Made by a program: the position numbers and the translations under genes. Below, piece by piece: positions 17,116 through 26,727 of a stretch of 64,000 bases of DNA (the first letter of the stretch is position 1; every line of letters begins with the position of its first letter). Source of the stretch: Candidatus Krumholzibacteriia bacterium (GTDB lineage Bacteria; Krumholzibacteriota; Krumholzibacteriia; LZORAL124-64-63). The notes under the pieces were generated by a model. The model was given only the letters and a program-made list of their open reading frames with translations. It did no database searches and was not told where the DNA came from. The stretch spans positions 1,366 through 65,365 of the forward strand of contig JAUVII010000003.1 of NCBI GenBank assembly GCA_030592845.1, written 5' to 3'.

Positions 17116-18927
17116 ATGGCCGCTCAGACAATCCCGGAACTTTTCCTGACTGCAGTTCGGGAATTTCCCCGTCCTGACTGTTTCTCCTACCGGGACGAGA
17201 CAGGCCAGTACGTGGATGTTTCCAGCGAGGAAGCACTCCGCCGGGTCAAAGCCCTGAGGATGGGTTTGAAATCCCTGGGCGTCAAGCCGGGTGACCGAGT
17301 GGCGCTGCTGTCGGAAAACCGGATCGAATGGGCACTGGCCGACCTGGCCTCCCTTTGCTCCGGTGCCATATCGGTCCCCATCTATCCCACCCTTCTTCCT
17401 GATACCATCGAGTACATTCTGAAGGAATCCGAGCCGGTGGTGATTTTTGTATCGACCGAGGAGCAGGCGGCCAAGATTCACCAGATCCGGGAGCGGCTGC
17501 CGTCGATTCGGGACGTCATTTCCTTCGAACGGACCAGCCTGCCGGACATCCTGACTTTCGACAAGCTGAAGCAGATAGGCCAGAATCTCCTGGAAGACAA
17601 CCCTCCCGCACCCCGGGATGAATGTGTCGAGGTGGACAAGGATTCTCCCTGCAGCATCATTTACACCTCCGGCACCACGGGCAATCCCAAGGGAGTGGTC
17701 CTGTCCCATTGGAACTTCGTTTCGAACGTCCTGAACATCAAGGGCCAGGTTCCCATCAGTTCCGCCGACCGTTGCCTTTCCTTCCTTCCCTTGAGTCATG
17801 TACTGGAAAGGATGGGCGGCCTTTTCACCATGCTGACCGTCGGGGCGAGCATCGCCTTCGCGGAAAAAATGGAGTCGGTCCCCCAGGACATCATCGATGT
17901 CCAGCCGACCTTCATGATCAGTGTTCCCAGGCTCTACGAGAAAATCTACGCCAAGGCCGTATCCACCGCCTCGGCCGCCGGATTTCCCAAGAAGAACATT
18001 TTCTTCTGGGCCCGGGACGTCGCCATACGCATGGCTGAATTGAGGGCCGACGGCCACAAGCCCGGCGCCTGGTTCAATTTCCAGTACACCTTGGCGGATA
18101 AACTCGTCTTCAGTAAGATTCGCGCCAAACTGGGCGGCAGGATCCAGATGATGATTTCGGGCGGGGCCCCGCTCAACGCCAAGATCAACAAGTTTTTCAA
18201 TGGCGCGGGCCTGAATATCCTGGAAGGGTACGGGCTGACCGAAACCAGTCCCATCCTGACGGCGAATACTTTTGAGAACTTCCGTTACGGCAGTGTCGGC
18301 AAGGCGATCCCCGATACGGAACTGAAAATCGCGGAGGACGGAGAAATCCTGGCCCGCGGTCCCCAGGTCATGTTGGGTTACTACAAGAACGAAGCCGCCA
18401 CCAGTGAAGTTCTCGATAAGGACGGCTGGTTTGCCACCGGGGACATCGGCCATCTCGACGAGGACGGATTCCTGTTCATCACCGACCGCAAAAAGGACAT
18501 CATCGTGACGGCCGGCGGCAAGAACATTGCTCCGCAGCCCATCGAGAACCAATACGTCGCCAATAAATACGTGACCCAGGCGGTGGTCATCGGAGACCGT
18601 CGCCAGTTCCTGTCGGCGCTGATCGTTCCCAATTTCGAGACGGTCACGGATTTTGCCGAAGGCAAGGGCATTCACGCAATGGAGCCGACCGACCTGGTCA
18701 AACACCCACAGGTCAACGCGCTGTTCGAGGAGATCATCGAAAAAATGAACAAGGATCTGCCTGGGTTCAGCCAGGTCAGGAAATTCGCCCTGCTGGACCG
18801 TGAATTCACCCTGGACGACGGTGAACTGACACCCACCATGAAGATCAAGAGATTCGCCATCAATCGTCTGTACAAGAAAACCATCGACACCATGTACCCC
18901 GCGCCGCTGGACGGGGAAGACGACTGA
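17116..18927 (+). CDS. Long-chain acyl-CoA synthetase (AMP-forming ligase family)
   Basis: ORF 16459..18927, trimmed to ATG 17116, which is preceded by AAGGAGA. AMP-binding motif IIYTSGTTGNPKGVVLSH; GYGLTETSP; GWFATGDIG..DRKKDII. Confidence 0.85.
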   Translation: MAAQTIPELFLTAVREFPRPDCFSYRDETGQYVDVSSEEALRRVKALRMGLKSLGVKPGDRVALLSENRIEWALADLASLCSGAISVPIYPTLLPDTIEYILKESEPVVIFVSTEEQAAKIHQIRERLPSIRDVISFERTSLPDILTFDKLKQIGQNLLEDNPPAPRDECVEVDKDSPCSIIYTSGTTGNPKGVVLSHWNFVSNVLNIKGQVPISSADRCLSFLPLSHVLERMGGLFTMLTVGASIAFAEKMESVPQDIIDVQPTFMISVPRLYEKIYAKAVSTASAAGFPKKNIFFWARDVAIRMAELRADGHKPGAWFNFQYTLADKLVFSKIRAKLGGRIQMMISGGAPLNAKINKFFNGAGLNILEGYGLTETSPILTANTFENFRYGSVGKAIPDTELKIAEDGEILARGPQVMLGYYKNEAATSEVLDKDGWFATGDIGHLDEDGFLFITDRKKDIIVTAGGKNIAPQPIENQYVANKYVTQAVVIGDRRQFLSALIVPNFETVTDFAEGKGIHAMEPTDLVKHPQVNALFEEIIEKMNKDLPGFSQVRKFALLDREFTLDDGELTPTMKIKRFAINRLYKKTIDTMYPAPLDGEDD

Positions 18928-18928
18928 A

Positions 18929-19879
18929 ATGGGTAGAACGGCGCTGGACCGGCGGCAGACTCCCCGGTCGTCCCCCTGGACCAGGCCGATGGTCTGCACA
19001 AGCGTGGGGCTTGTGGGAAACATCCTGCTCTCGGGCGGGAAACTGGCCTTTGGCCTGATCGCAGGCTCGGCCGCCCTTGTCGCCGATGGTTTCCACAGTC
19101 TGGCCGACGTCCTGAGCGATGTGGGTATCATGCTGGCCCTCAAGGCCTCCACCCGGCCCCCGGACAAGAACCACCCCTACGGACACCACAGCTTTGAAAC
19201 CCTGGGCGCCACGCTGGTGGCCCTGTTGATGCTGGTCACCGCGGTCATGATCGCCAAGAGTGCCGTTGAGAACCTCGTCGAGGGCAATTTCCTCGTCCCC
19301 CAACTGCCTGCCCTGCTGGCCACCATCGTTGCGGTCTTCGTCAAGGAGGTGATGGCCCGCTACACCCTGTTCGTGGGCCGCCTGCACGGCAGCCCCGCCC
19401 TGCTGGCCAACGGGGCCATGCACAGGTCGGATGCCATCAGTTCGCTGGCCGCCGCCGCGGGGATCGGCGGAGCCATGCTCGGCTGGCCCTTCCTGGACAG
19501 CGTCGGCGCCCTGGTCATTTCACTGTTCATCCTCAAAATGGGCTGGGACCTGATGCGGGAAAACGTCATGGCCCTGATGGACACCATGCCGGACGAGGAA
19601 TTGCTGGAGGAAATCCGCACCGCGGCCCTGGGCACTTCATGCGTGCAGGAAGTTCGCGACCTGCAGGTCAGACAAAGGGGATCCTGGTTCATGGTCGACA
19701 TGCGGATCGCGGTCCACCCTGATCACACCATCGAGTCCGCCCACGTGATCGCCCACGCCGTCGAGGACGAGATCATGGAAAAGGTGGGCCGGGTCACCAG
19801 GGTGTTTGTCCATGTCGAACCCGGATCCCGCGACCAGGAGCATGACTGCCCCCAAGGCAATCTGAATTCACGGGATTGA
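18929..19879 (+). CDS. Cation diffusion facilitator (CDF) family metal efflux transporter
   Basis: 316 aa. ALVADGFHSLADVLSD..; HPYGHHSFETLGA; HVEP near the C-terminus. Starts 1 nt after the acyl-CoA ligase stop. Confidence 0.85.
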   Translation: MGRTALDRRQTPRSSPWTRPMVCTSVGLVGNILLSGGKLAFGLIAGSAALVADGFHSLADVLSDVGIMLALKASTRPPDKNHPYGHHSFETLGATLVALLMLVTAVMIAKSAVENLVEGNFLVPQLPALLATIVAVFVKEVMARYTLFVGRLHGSPALLANGAMHRSDAISSLAAAAGIGGAMLGWPFLDSVGALVISLFILKMGWDLMRENVMALMDTMPDEELLEEIRTAALGTSCVQEVRDLQVRQRGSWFMVDMRIAVHPDHTIESAHVIAHAVEDEIMEKVGRVTRVFVHVEPGSRDQEHDCPQGNLNSRD

Positions 19880-19892
19880 CCGCGGCGGTTCG

Positions 19893-21185
19893 TCATTCCC
19901 GATCAGAGCGATCCCCCAGGACCACGGTAAAATTCATCAGCCGGCCGTCTCTTTCCACCCGGACCTCGACCAGGTCACCGGGTCCATGTGATCTGAGGGC
20001 CCGGGTGAAAGACGCCAGGTCCTCCACCTCGGATCCGCCCAGCCCCACCAAGACGTCGCCCTTCTGCAGTCCCGCCATGGCGGCAGGGCTGCCGTCAAAA
20101 ACACCGGCCAGCTTGTAGCCCTTTATTTCCGTGGTGAAATCGGGAAGGGACCCGAACCAGGTATCCCGATTCTGTCCTTCCTCTCCGTCGGCACGGAGAT
20201 TTTTTTCCGCGATCATTATCCAGGGAAGATCATCGGGGTCCTGCCGGATGGAATGCAGCAACCGGTCCGTATATGCGGTGACCTTCGCCATGGCTGGGTA
20301 GTCGAGAGTCGGCCAGTCATCGGTGGGGCGGTTGTATTCGGGATAGGCGCCGCCGAAAATAAAGAGGACAGGGATCTCCCGCGTATTGAAGGACATGTGA
20401 TCGCTGCCGGACCATCCCCCGGGGGCCAGGGACAGTTCCAGATCACCGGCATTGGCGGCATGGACCCGGTCGGTGAATGACGGCGTGGTCCCCACCCCGC
20501 TGACATAAAGACGGTCGGCGTTCAGCTGCCCGACGGTATCGAGGTTGATCATGGCATCCACACGGTCGGGGTCCACCGGCAGATGGGACACCATGAAACC
20601 CGATCCCTGGAGCCCGACCTCCTCGCCTGAGAAATTCGTAAAAATCACACTGCGCAAATCACCTGCGCCCCGGTCAGGCGCGGAAGCCAGACGGATCATT
20701 TCGAAAACGATCGAAACACCCGAAGTGTTGTCGTTGGCGCCCGGATAAAATTCTCCCGGGGCCGGCGGCGCGGGACCGTCGGTGGGTGTCACCCGTCCGA
20801 GATGGTCGTAGTGTGCACCGACGACAACATAGCGATGGGCCAATCGTCCTCTGCCGGGCAAAATCCCCGCCACATTGCGGCTTGTTTTTCCGGAAAGGTC
20901 ATCACCGGTCCAACCCTCTCCAGAGAGAGGAAACTCCTGGAACCAGGAACCGTCAAAAGCAGGCTCCAGGCCGAGCTCCGCCATCCAGACGGCAAGGGTT
21001 TCCGCCGCGGCCTCCACTTCAGGTGTCCCGCTGCCCCGGCCCGCCAATTCCGGGTCAGTAAGCACCTTGCAGCGGTATTGGAGCAGATCCGTCGAAGGGG
21101 ACACTGGTTCGGTTCCCGCGACCAATCCCGGCCAGCACAGAAGCGACAGGACAGCCAACAGAACCGGGGCAAACTTGAATTTCAC
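19893..21185 (-). CDS. Secreted M28-family aminopeptidase with C-terminal PDZ domain
   Basis: 430 aa with signal peptide. VVVGAHYDHLG; GANDNTSGVSIVFE; FSGEEVGLQGS. PDZ-like GVFDGSPAAMAGLQKGDVLVGLGG. Confidence 0.8.
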   Translation of the reverse strand: MKFKFAPVLLAVLSLLCWPGLVAGTEPVSPSTDLLQYRCKVLTDPELAGRGSGTPEVEAAAETLAVWMAELGLEPAFDGSWFQEFPLSGEGWTGDDLSGKTSRNVAGILPGRGRLAHRYVVVGAHYDHLGRVTPTDGPAPPAPGEFYPGANDNTSGVSIVFEMIRLASAPDRGAGDLRSVIFTNFSGEEVGLQGSGFMVSHLPVDPDRVDAMINLDTVGQLNADRLYVSGVGTTPSFTDRVHAANAGDLELSLAPGGWSGSDHMSFNTREIPVLFIFGGAYPEYNRPTDDWPTLDYPAMAKVTAYTDRLLHSIRQDPDDLPWIMIAEKNLRADGEEGQNRDTWFGSLPDFTTEIKGYKLAGVFDGSPAAMAGLQKGDVLVGLGGSEVEDLASFTRALRSHGPGDLVEVRVERDGRLMNFTVVLGDRSDRE

Positions 21186-21886
21186 GACGACCCGCCTTGA
21201 AGAATGTTTCGGTAGGTTTCCCTGGCCTCGCAGAATGTCTGGAACCGGCCGCTGAAGGTGGACAAATGAGCCTCCATGTCCCGCCGGTCATACGCCCCGG
21301 TGGCCATGATGATCGCCAGAATGGTCCGGGTCCCGTTGGTGGTGCATGTGTGAGCCGAATCGCTGGTTGGTGAACCGAAGGGCCCACCGTCATCAAACAG
21401 GCCCAAACGGCCCTCCAGATGGACGTCACCCTTGCGAATGCCGGGGTACTGTTCCCCTTCAACGCCGGTCCGCAGCGTTACGTCCCCGTCAATCCGTTCG
21501 AGATCGTACATCCCCACCGGCAGCAGGAATTCAAGGGAAGCGAGATTGCAGCTGTCGACCACATTGCTGATCCGGTAGAGATCCTTCCCCTTGAGGACCC
21601 GGCGCAGAAGAGCTTCGCTGCTGGGCCGGCGGCGGGACGGGTCCATACCAAAGGATTTGTAGAGGGTGCGCGCTTCGCCGAGTCGCGGAATTTCCGAAGG
21701 GAGAAGTCCCTGATACCGCTCGGCAAGGGTGGCTCCGAGTTCGGTCGTGGCAGCTCCCACAGCCGGGTTTTCTGCCACCTTGATTCCGTCCAGAACCAGG
21801 ACGCCGCAGGACAGTCGGTTTGACGCCTCCGGGGCTATCGTCACCCGCCGGCCGTCCGGCAATGGGCAGGACACCTCCGGAGTCAC
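21182..21886 (-). CDS. Stand-alone B3/B4 (PheRS-beta-like tRNA-binding) domain protein
   Basis: 234 aa. GMDPSRRRPSSEALLRRVLKGKDLYRISNVVDSCNLASLEFLLPVGMYD resembles COG3382-type B3/4 proteins (from memory). 4-nt overlaps with both neighbours. Confidence 0.65.
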   Translation of the reverse strand: MTPEVSCPLPDGRRVTIAPEASNRLSCGVLVLDGIKVAENPAVGAATTELGATLAERYQGLLPSEIPRLGEARTLYKSFGMDPSRRRPSSEALLRRVLKGKDLYRISNVVDSCNLASLEFLLPVGMYDLERIDGDVTLRTGVEGEQYPGIRKGDVHLEGRLGLFDDGGPFGSPTSDSAHTCTTNGTRTILAIIMATGAYDRRDMEAHLSTFSGRFQTFCEARETYRNILQGGSS

Positions 21887-22917
21887 GACGGTCCTCCGGA
21901 TGTATGCCGTCCCCCGTCTCCGTACATCTTCTCATAGTAGGAAGTGTAATCCCCGCTGCGAATCTCCTCCCACCAGACCCGGTTTTCCAGGTACCAGTCC
22001 ACGGTTCGGGACAACCCCGTCTGGAAGTCCACATCCGGCTTCCAATCCAATTCGGTCATGATTTTCGCCGCGTCGATGGCATACCGCCGATCATGACCCG
22101 GCCTGTCCTTGACGAAGGTGATCAGGTCGTGACTTTTGCCCAGCTTGTCCACCAGCATCCGCACCAGATCAAGATTCCGCATTTCATTGCAGCCCCCGAT
22201 ATTGTAGATGTCCCCGGGGACACCGTTGCGCAACACCGCATCAACCGCGAGGCAATGGTCCCCGACATACAACCAGTCCCTGACATTGAGCCCGTCACCA
22301 TAGACCGGAAGGGGTTTATCCTCGAGGGCGTTGGCAATCATCAGGGGAATCAGCTTCTCGGGAAACTGAAAGGGACCGTAATTGTTGCTGCAGCGGGTGA
22401 CCATCACCGGAAAGTCGAAGGTCTTGAAAAAGGCCCGGCACAGCAGGTCGGCGCTCGCCTTGCTCGCTGCATAGGGAGAATTCGGCGCCAGGGGCGTGCT
22501 CTCGACAAACTGCCCGTCATCCCCCAGCGACCCGTAGACCTCGTCGGTGGAAACCATGACGAACCGTTCCACCCCGGCGGCCCGGGATTCCTCCAGGAGA
22601 ATTTCGGTGCCCAGGACATTCGTCTTGATGAAGATCTCGGGACCTTCCACCGAGCGGTCGACATGGCTTTCGGCGGCGAAGTGAACCACTGCCTCAATTT
22701 TTTCATCCTCCAAAATTCCACGCACGAGTTCGCGATCGCAAATATCACCGCGGACAAAACGGTAACGCGGGTCCTTCTCATATCCGGCGAGGTTGGCGAG
22801 GTTGCCCGCGTAGGTCAGGAGGTCAAGGTTGACCACCCGGTCCCCGGATCCTTCCAGCAACAGACGAACATAATTCGAACCGATAAACCCCGCGCCGCCG
22901 GTCACCAGAATATTCAT
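21883..22917 (-). CDS. rfbB: dTDP-glucose 4,6-dehydratase
   Basis: ORF trimmed to ATG 22917 (MNILVTGGAGFIGSNYV). SPYAASKASADLL (YxxxK); RCSNNYGPFQFPEKLIP; DRRYAID. Confidence 0.9.
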   Translation of the reverse strand: MNILVTGGAGFIGSNYVRLLLEGSGDRVVNLDLLTYAGNLANLAGYEKDPRYRFVRGDICDRELVRGILEDEKIEAVVHFAAESHVDRSVEGPEIFIKTNVLGTEILLEESRAAGVERFVMVSTDEVYGSLGDDGQFVESTPLAPNSPYAASKASADLLCRAFFKTFDFPVMVTRCSNNYGPFQFPEKLIPLMIANALEDKPLPVYGDGLNVRDWLYVGDHCLAVDAVLRNGVPGDIYNIGGCNEMRNLDLVRMLVDKLGKSHDLITFVKDRPGHDRRYAIDAAKIMTELDWKPDVDFQTGLSRTVDWYLENRVWWEEIRSGDYTSYYEKMYGDGGRHTSGGPS

Positions 22918-23747
22918 CGCGTTTCTTCCTTCCGGAACGCCGTTTTCAGCGCCCTGACAAAACCCGCCGTTTTCGCTTCGGAGACGCACGCACGGCCCGT
23001 GGCGGGATCGTTTTCCTGCAACGAGGAACCTACGATAAAACCATCGGCCTGGGGCAGGAAACCGCCCACCGTGGCCGACGTCACTCCACTGCCCACCAAC
23101 AGGGGGCAATCCGGGAGCGCTGCGCGCACCGCGGCGACCTCTTGCGGGTCGGCGCCCGAGCCGGTGGCCGCTCCGGTAACGATCACGCCGTCGGCCAGCC
23201 CGCGCAACCGAAGGTCTTTCACTTCGTCCTCCAGGGGCCTTTCCACCAGGGGGCGGGCGTGCTTGACCCGGACGTCGGCCAGGATGCCCACCTCAATGCC
23301 CAGCGCACTCCTGCGGCGCAGGGTGTGCCAAGCCCGGCCCTCGATGGTGCCCTGATCGGTCAGGGCGGATCCGGTGTGAACGTTGACCCGGACAAACCGG
23401 GCCCCTGTGGCCGCGGCGATGCACAACGCCGAATCGACATCGTTACGCAGGACATTAACCCCAAGCAGGAGATCAGGATAGGCCGTTTTGACCGCCTGGA
23501 CCAGAACGGTCATGGCCGCCACGGTTTCAGCGGGTACTTTGCCCGGGTAAAACGGCACATCATGGTAATTCTCGATCATTACGTCAGTTACCCCGCCGTT
23601 GACCAATGCCTCGGCATCGCCGAGGGCCGCCTCGAGAGGCCGTTTCATGTCTCCGCCCCACTTGGGACTGCCGGGTAACGGTTGGAGATGGATCATGCCC
23701 AGAACCGCGGGATTGATCAGTTCGTGGAAATCGGATCTGGTCCACAT
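22914..23747 (-). CDS. BtpA/SgcQ-family TIM-barrel protein
   Basis: 277 aa. GMIHLQPLPGSPKWGG..; VMIENYHDVPFYPG; overall BtpA-like pattern, from memory. Confidence 0.7.
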   Translation of the reverse strand: MWTRSDFHELINPAVLGMIHLQPLPGSPKWGGDMKRPLEAALGDAEALVNGGVTDVMIENYHDVPFYPGKVPAETVAAMTVLVQAVKTAYPDLLLGVNVLRNDVDSALCIAAATGARFVRVNVHTGSALTDQGTIEGRAWHTLRRRSALGIEVGILADVRVKHARPLVERPLEDEVKDLRLRGLADGVIVTGAATGSGADPQEVAAVRAALPDCPLLVGSGVTSATVGGFLPQADGFIVGSSLQENDPATGRACVSEAKTAGFVRALKTAFRKEETR

Positions 23748-23784
23748 GTTTATAATTCGCCTTTCAAGATCCAGCGCCGTTCAT

Positions 23785-23812
23785 TTGCTTGGCGGATTCG
23801 ATATGATAGAAT
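23785..23812 (+). promoter_or_regulatory. sigma70-type promoter for tdk (extended -10)
   Basis: TTGCTT (23785-23790), 16 nt, then TGA-TAGAAT (23807-23812). Lies ~40 nt upstream of ATG 23854, with an AAGGAG RBS. Confidence 0.45.
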
Positions 23813-23853
23813 AAATTATCCTTCAGGAGTTTCACAAGGGATTAAGGAGCAAC

Positions 23854-24411
23854 ATGCAGATCATCAACGGTAAAACGGGTTGGGTAGAGGTCATCTGTGG
23901 CCCCATGTTCAGCGGCAAGAGCGAGGAATTGATCAAGCGGATTCGCAGGGCCCAGATCGCCCGCCGCAGGGTGCAGATCTTCAAACACGGCATCGACGCC
24001 CGTTACGACGCCACCAGTATCGTGTCCCACAGCCAGCAAAGCATACCCGGCATTGCGGTCACCGATGTGAAGGACATTCTCGAACTCGTGGATGACCGGA
24101 CCGAACTGGTGGCTATCGACGAAGGACAGTTTTTCAGCGACGAAATCATCGATGTGGTCAACAAGCTCGGCAACCAGGGCAAACGGGTGATCGTGGCCGG
24201 CCTCGACCTGGACTACAAGGGAAACCCCTTCGGGCCGATGCCCCAACTGATGTGCACCGCGGAATACGTGAGCAAACAACTGGCCATCTGCATGATCTGT
24301 GGGGACCCCGCCAACTTCACCCAGCGTTTGACCCCGTCCACGGACCAGATCGTGGTCGGCGCCAGCGAGACCTACGAAGCCCGCTGCCGCCGTCATTTCG
24401 AACCGACCTAA
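23854..24411 (+). CDS. tdk: Thymidine kinase
   Basis: 185 aa. GPMFSGKSEELI (P-loop); VAIDEGQFF. C-terminal zinc-ribbon cysteines CMICG...ARCRRH. Confidence 0.9.
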   Translation: MQIINGKTGWVEVICGPMFSGKSEELIKRIRRAQIARRRVQIFKHGIDARYDATSIVSHSQQSIPGIAVTDVKDILELVDDRTELVAIDEGQFFSDEIIDVVNKLGNQGKRVIVAGLDLDYKGNPFGPMPQLMCTAEYVSKQLAICMICGDPANFTQRLTPSTDQIVVGASETYEARCRRHFEPT

Positions 24412-24417
24412 GAAGAA

Positions 24418-24448
24418 AACCCCGGGCGCAAGGACAAGGCCCGGGGTT
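24418..24448. terminator. Hairpin between convergent tdk and HDOD genes
   Basis: AACCCCGGGC (24418-24427) pairs with GCCCGGGGTT (24439-24448). T-rich tract follows on the minus strand (TTTTCTTCTT). Confidence 0.5.
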
Positions 24449-24470
24449 GATGGAATTTATCTGTAGTTTT

Positions 24471-26129
24471 TCAGCTGAAGAAATGGGGGTCGATCTTCAG
24501 TTCCGCGGCGCGGGCCTTCAGATCTTCCAACGTCTCAGGAGTGACCTGCAGATAATTCGCGGCCAGACTGAGATTTTCCTCCGGTCCGCTGTCCCTGTTT
24601 TCCCCCGTGTCACCGCTGGTCAGCCCTATTTCCTCTCCGAGGGCAATCATGGCGGCGACGCGGTTGTTGGTGGCGCCTTCCTCCTGGAAACCATGATGCC
24701 AGCGGACCGCTTCCTCGAGCTCCTGACTCAGGTTCCATTCCTTTATCAGCAGCGCCCCCAGCTCTCCGTGATCAAATCCCAGACGGTCCCGTTCCACGAT
24801 ATGGTACGGCAGCCCCTGGGCCGCGGAATCGTTGACGATCTCCTGGAATAGCTCGGGATGGCTGCGCGCCAGAACCAGTTGACCGATATTCTGCATCAGC
24901 CCACCGATGAAAACGCTGTCGGGATTACTGCTGCCGAGGGTTTGGGCCACCAATTGCCCGGACATGGCGGACATCACCGACTGCCTCCATATCTTCTGGT
25001 ATAGCATTCCCGCTCCCGGGGAGAGAAAAACCGAGCGGGCGGCGGTAACCAGGGTCCAGTTCCTGATGGCCACGAAACCCAGACGGACAATGGCTTCACT
25101 CACGGTGTCGATTTCACGTACCGCACCGTAGAAGGGACTGTTGGCTATACGCAGAACCTTTGCCGTCAGGGCCTGGTCCATGGCCAGAGCCTGCTCCAGT
25201 TTGGTCGCGGTCGTTCCCGGATCCTCGATGACCGCCATGATGTGACAGGCCGCCTTGGGAAGAGCAGGCAGTTCCCCACTGTGGTTCAGGATGGATTCCG
25301 GGGTCATGCCTTTCGTTTCAATTTCCTGAACCGGCGCAGAGGCCGGAGCGGCGGCGGTTTCCACCGCGGTCCCGGCTTGGGTTTGATCCTCTGTCGGCGG
25401 ATCGGTCACAAATGGATCCAAAGCCTGATCGGCTGTCGGTTCGGGACCGGTCACGGATTTTTTCGCCAAATCACTTTGTCGTCTGCTGATCTCTGATTTC
25501 AGGATCCGGTCCACCGCCCCCTTGCGGTTGGCGATCCCTTTATTGATCAGACACATCCGCGCCAGGGAGAATTGGGCCAGGATTTCAGCCATGGCCAGGA
25601 ATTTTTCCGTCTCCTTGTCCGCATCCAGATAGAGGAACGTGTTCCAGTGGTTCTGTGATGGAAGGGGCAGAATGATGATCCGCCGGTCACGGCTGCCCCG
25701 GCCGAGCATGAGGGTCAGGTCCAGGGGAAAATGTTTTACCGGAACGGGACCGGCATACACCGTGGCATCCTCTGAAAGGGCATGGAAAATATCCTCATCG
25801 GTGCTGGGTATGGGCGCTTTGCCGTCCCGGCGTTTGTTCTTCGCCTCCTCGGGAAGCTGGATGTTCTCCTCCAGGAATACCTGCAGGCCGCTGGTCCATC
25901 GCTTGAGCAGCACAAGCCGAAGTCCCGTGCTCCGGGCCAGACGGAGGAAGAATTCAGGAAATTCCTTGATCTGCCCCATGTCGGAAAGTTCATCGAAACC
26001 CACCCGCAACAGGGCCATCCCGTCCTGAGTGAGTTCTTCCACGGATTCATCGTTGTTCTGAGCCAGGGTATCGAGCAATTCTTCCACGCCCTGGTGGTCA
26101 TCCGTTTGTGTGGCCAAGGGTTTCCTCAT
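24471..26129 (-). CDS. HDOD-domain signalling protein with uncharacterised N-terminal half
   Basis: HDOD-like LPALPKAACHIMAVIEDPGTTATKLEQALAMDQALTAKVLRIANSPFYG...HHGF. The ORF extends to a TTG at 26180, so I list the first ATG (26129). Start is uncertain. Confidence 0.7.
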   Translation of the reverse strand: MRKPLATQTDDHQGVEELLDTLAQNNDESVEELTQDGMALLRVGFDELSDMGQIKEFPEFFLRLARSTGLRLVLLKRWTSGLQVFLEENIQLPEEAKNKRRDGKAPIPSTDEDIFHALSEDATVYAGPVPVKHFPLDLTLMLGRGSRDRRIIILPLPSQNHWNTFLYLDADKETEKFLAMAEILAQFSLARMCLINKGIANRKGAVDRILKSEISRRQSDLAKKSVTGPEPTADQALDPFVTDPPTEDQTQAGTAVETAAAPASAPVQEIETKGMTPESILNHSGELPALPKAACHIMAVIEDPGTTATKLEQALAMDQALTAKVLRIANSPFYGAVREIDTVSEAIVRLGFVAIRNWTLVTAARSVFLSPGAGMLYQKIWRQSVMSAMSGQLVAQTLGSSNPDSVFIGGLMQNIGQLVLARSHPELFQEIVNDSAAQGLPYHIVERDRLGFDHGELGALLIKEWNLSQELEEAVRWHHGFQEEGATNNRVAAMIALGEEIGLTSGDTGENRDSGPEENLSLAANYLQVTPETLEDLKARAAELKIDPHFFS

Positions 26130-26358
26130 TCGTTTGGCGGCCGTGGAAATACGATATTCCCGGCCCCGGTTCCCGGACAAATTCTTCTGTCCACATAATC
26201 GGCAGCAAATGCCGGGTTATTTATCGTTTTTTGCCCTTTGGGATCGATCCGGGAATGGCCGTTTGACGGGGGACTGGTTGCGTTTGTACCAATCAGGGGG
26301 TAATTTGGCGCATCCGGACCGTTATAGACCTTGGGACTGCCACCATAATTGGGGAAAC

Positions 26359-26727
26359 ATGAACTGCAGAATTACAAAATCGTTCACTCTGGATGCGGCC
26401 CATTGGCTCCCGGAAGTCCCGGAGGGCCACAAATGCGGCCGGCTGCACGGGCACACATATACCATCATCCTGGGGTTGGAAGGCCCCCTGGATGAAAGGA
26501 TGGGCTGGGTCCAGGATTACGGAGAGGTTTCCCGGGCCTTTGCCCCGGTCCTCGATATGTTCGACCACCATTGTCTCAATGAAATTGAAGGCCTGGAAAA
26601 TTCGACCGCGGAAGTCATGGCGGCCTGGATTTTTGACCGCCTTAAAAAAGATCTCCCCCTGCTGACCGACGTGACTGTCTGTGAAACCCCCACCGCCACC
26701 GCGGTCTTCCGGGGAGAGGAATCCTAG
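26359..26727 (+). CDS. queD: 6-carboxy-5,6,7,8-tetrahydropterin synthase
   Basis: ORF trimmed to ATG 26359 (MNCRITKSFTLDAAHWLP..HKCGRLHGHTY..DHHCLNE). 122 aa, typical QueD size. Confidence 0.9.
   Translation: MNCRITKSFTLDAAHWLPEVPEGHKCGRLHGHTYTIILGLEGPLDERMGWVQDYGEVSRAFAPVLDMFDHHCLNEIEGLENSTAEVMAAWIFDRLKKDLPLLTDVTVCETPTATAVFRGEES

Noticed and set aside
26181-26358. Region upstream of queD; considered as a preQ1 riboswitch.
   Set aside because: There is only a generic CTGGTTG/CAATCAG hairpin. There is no preQ1-I-like short stem followed by an A-rich tail, and no preQ1-II features that I can recognise.
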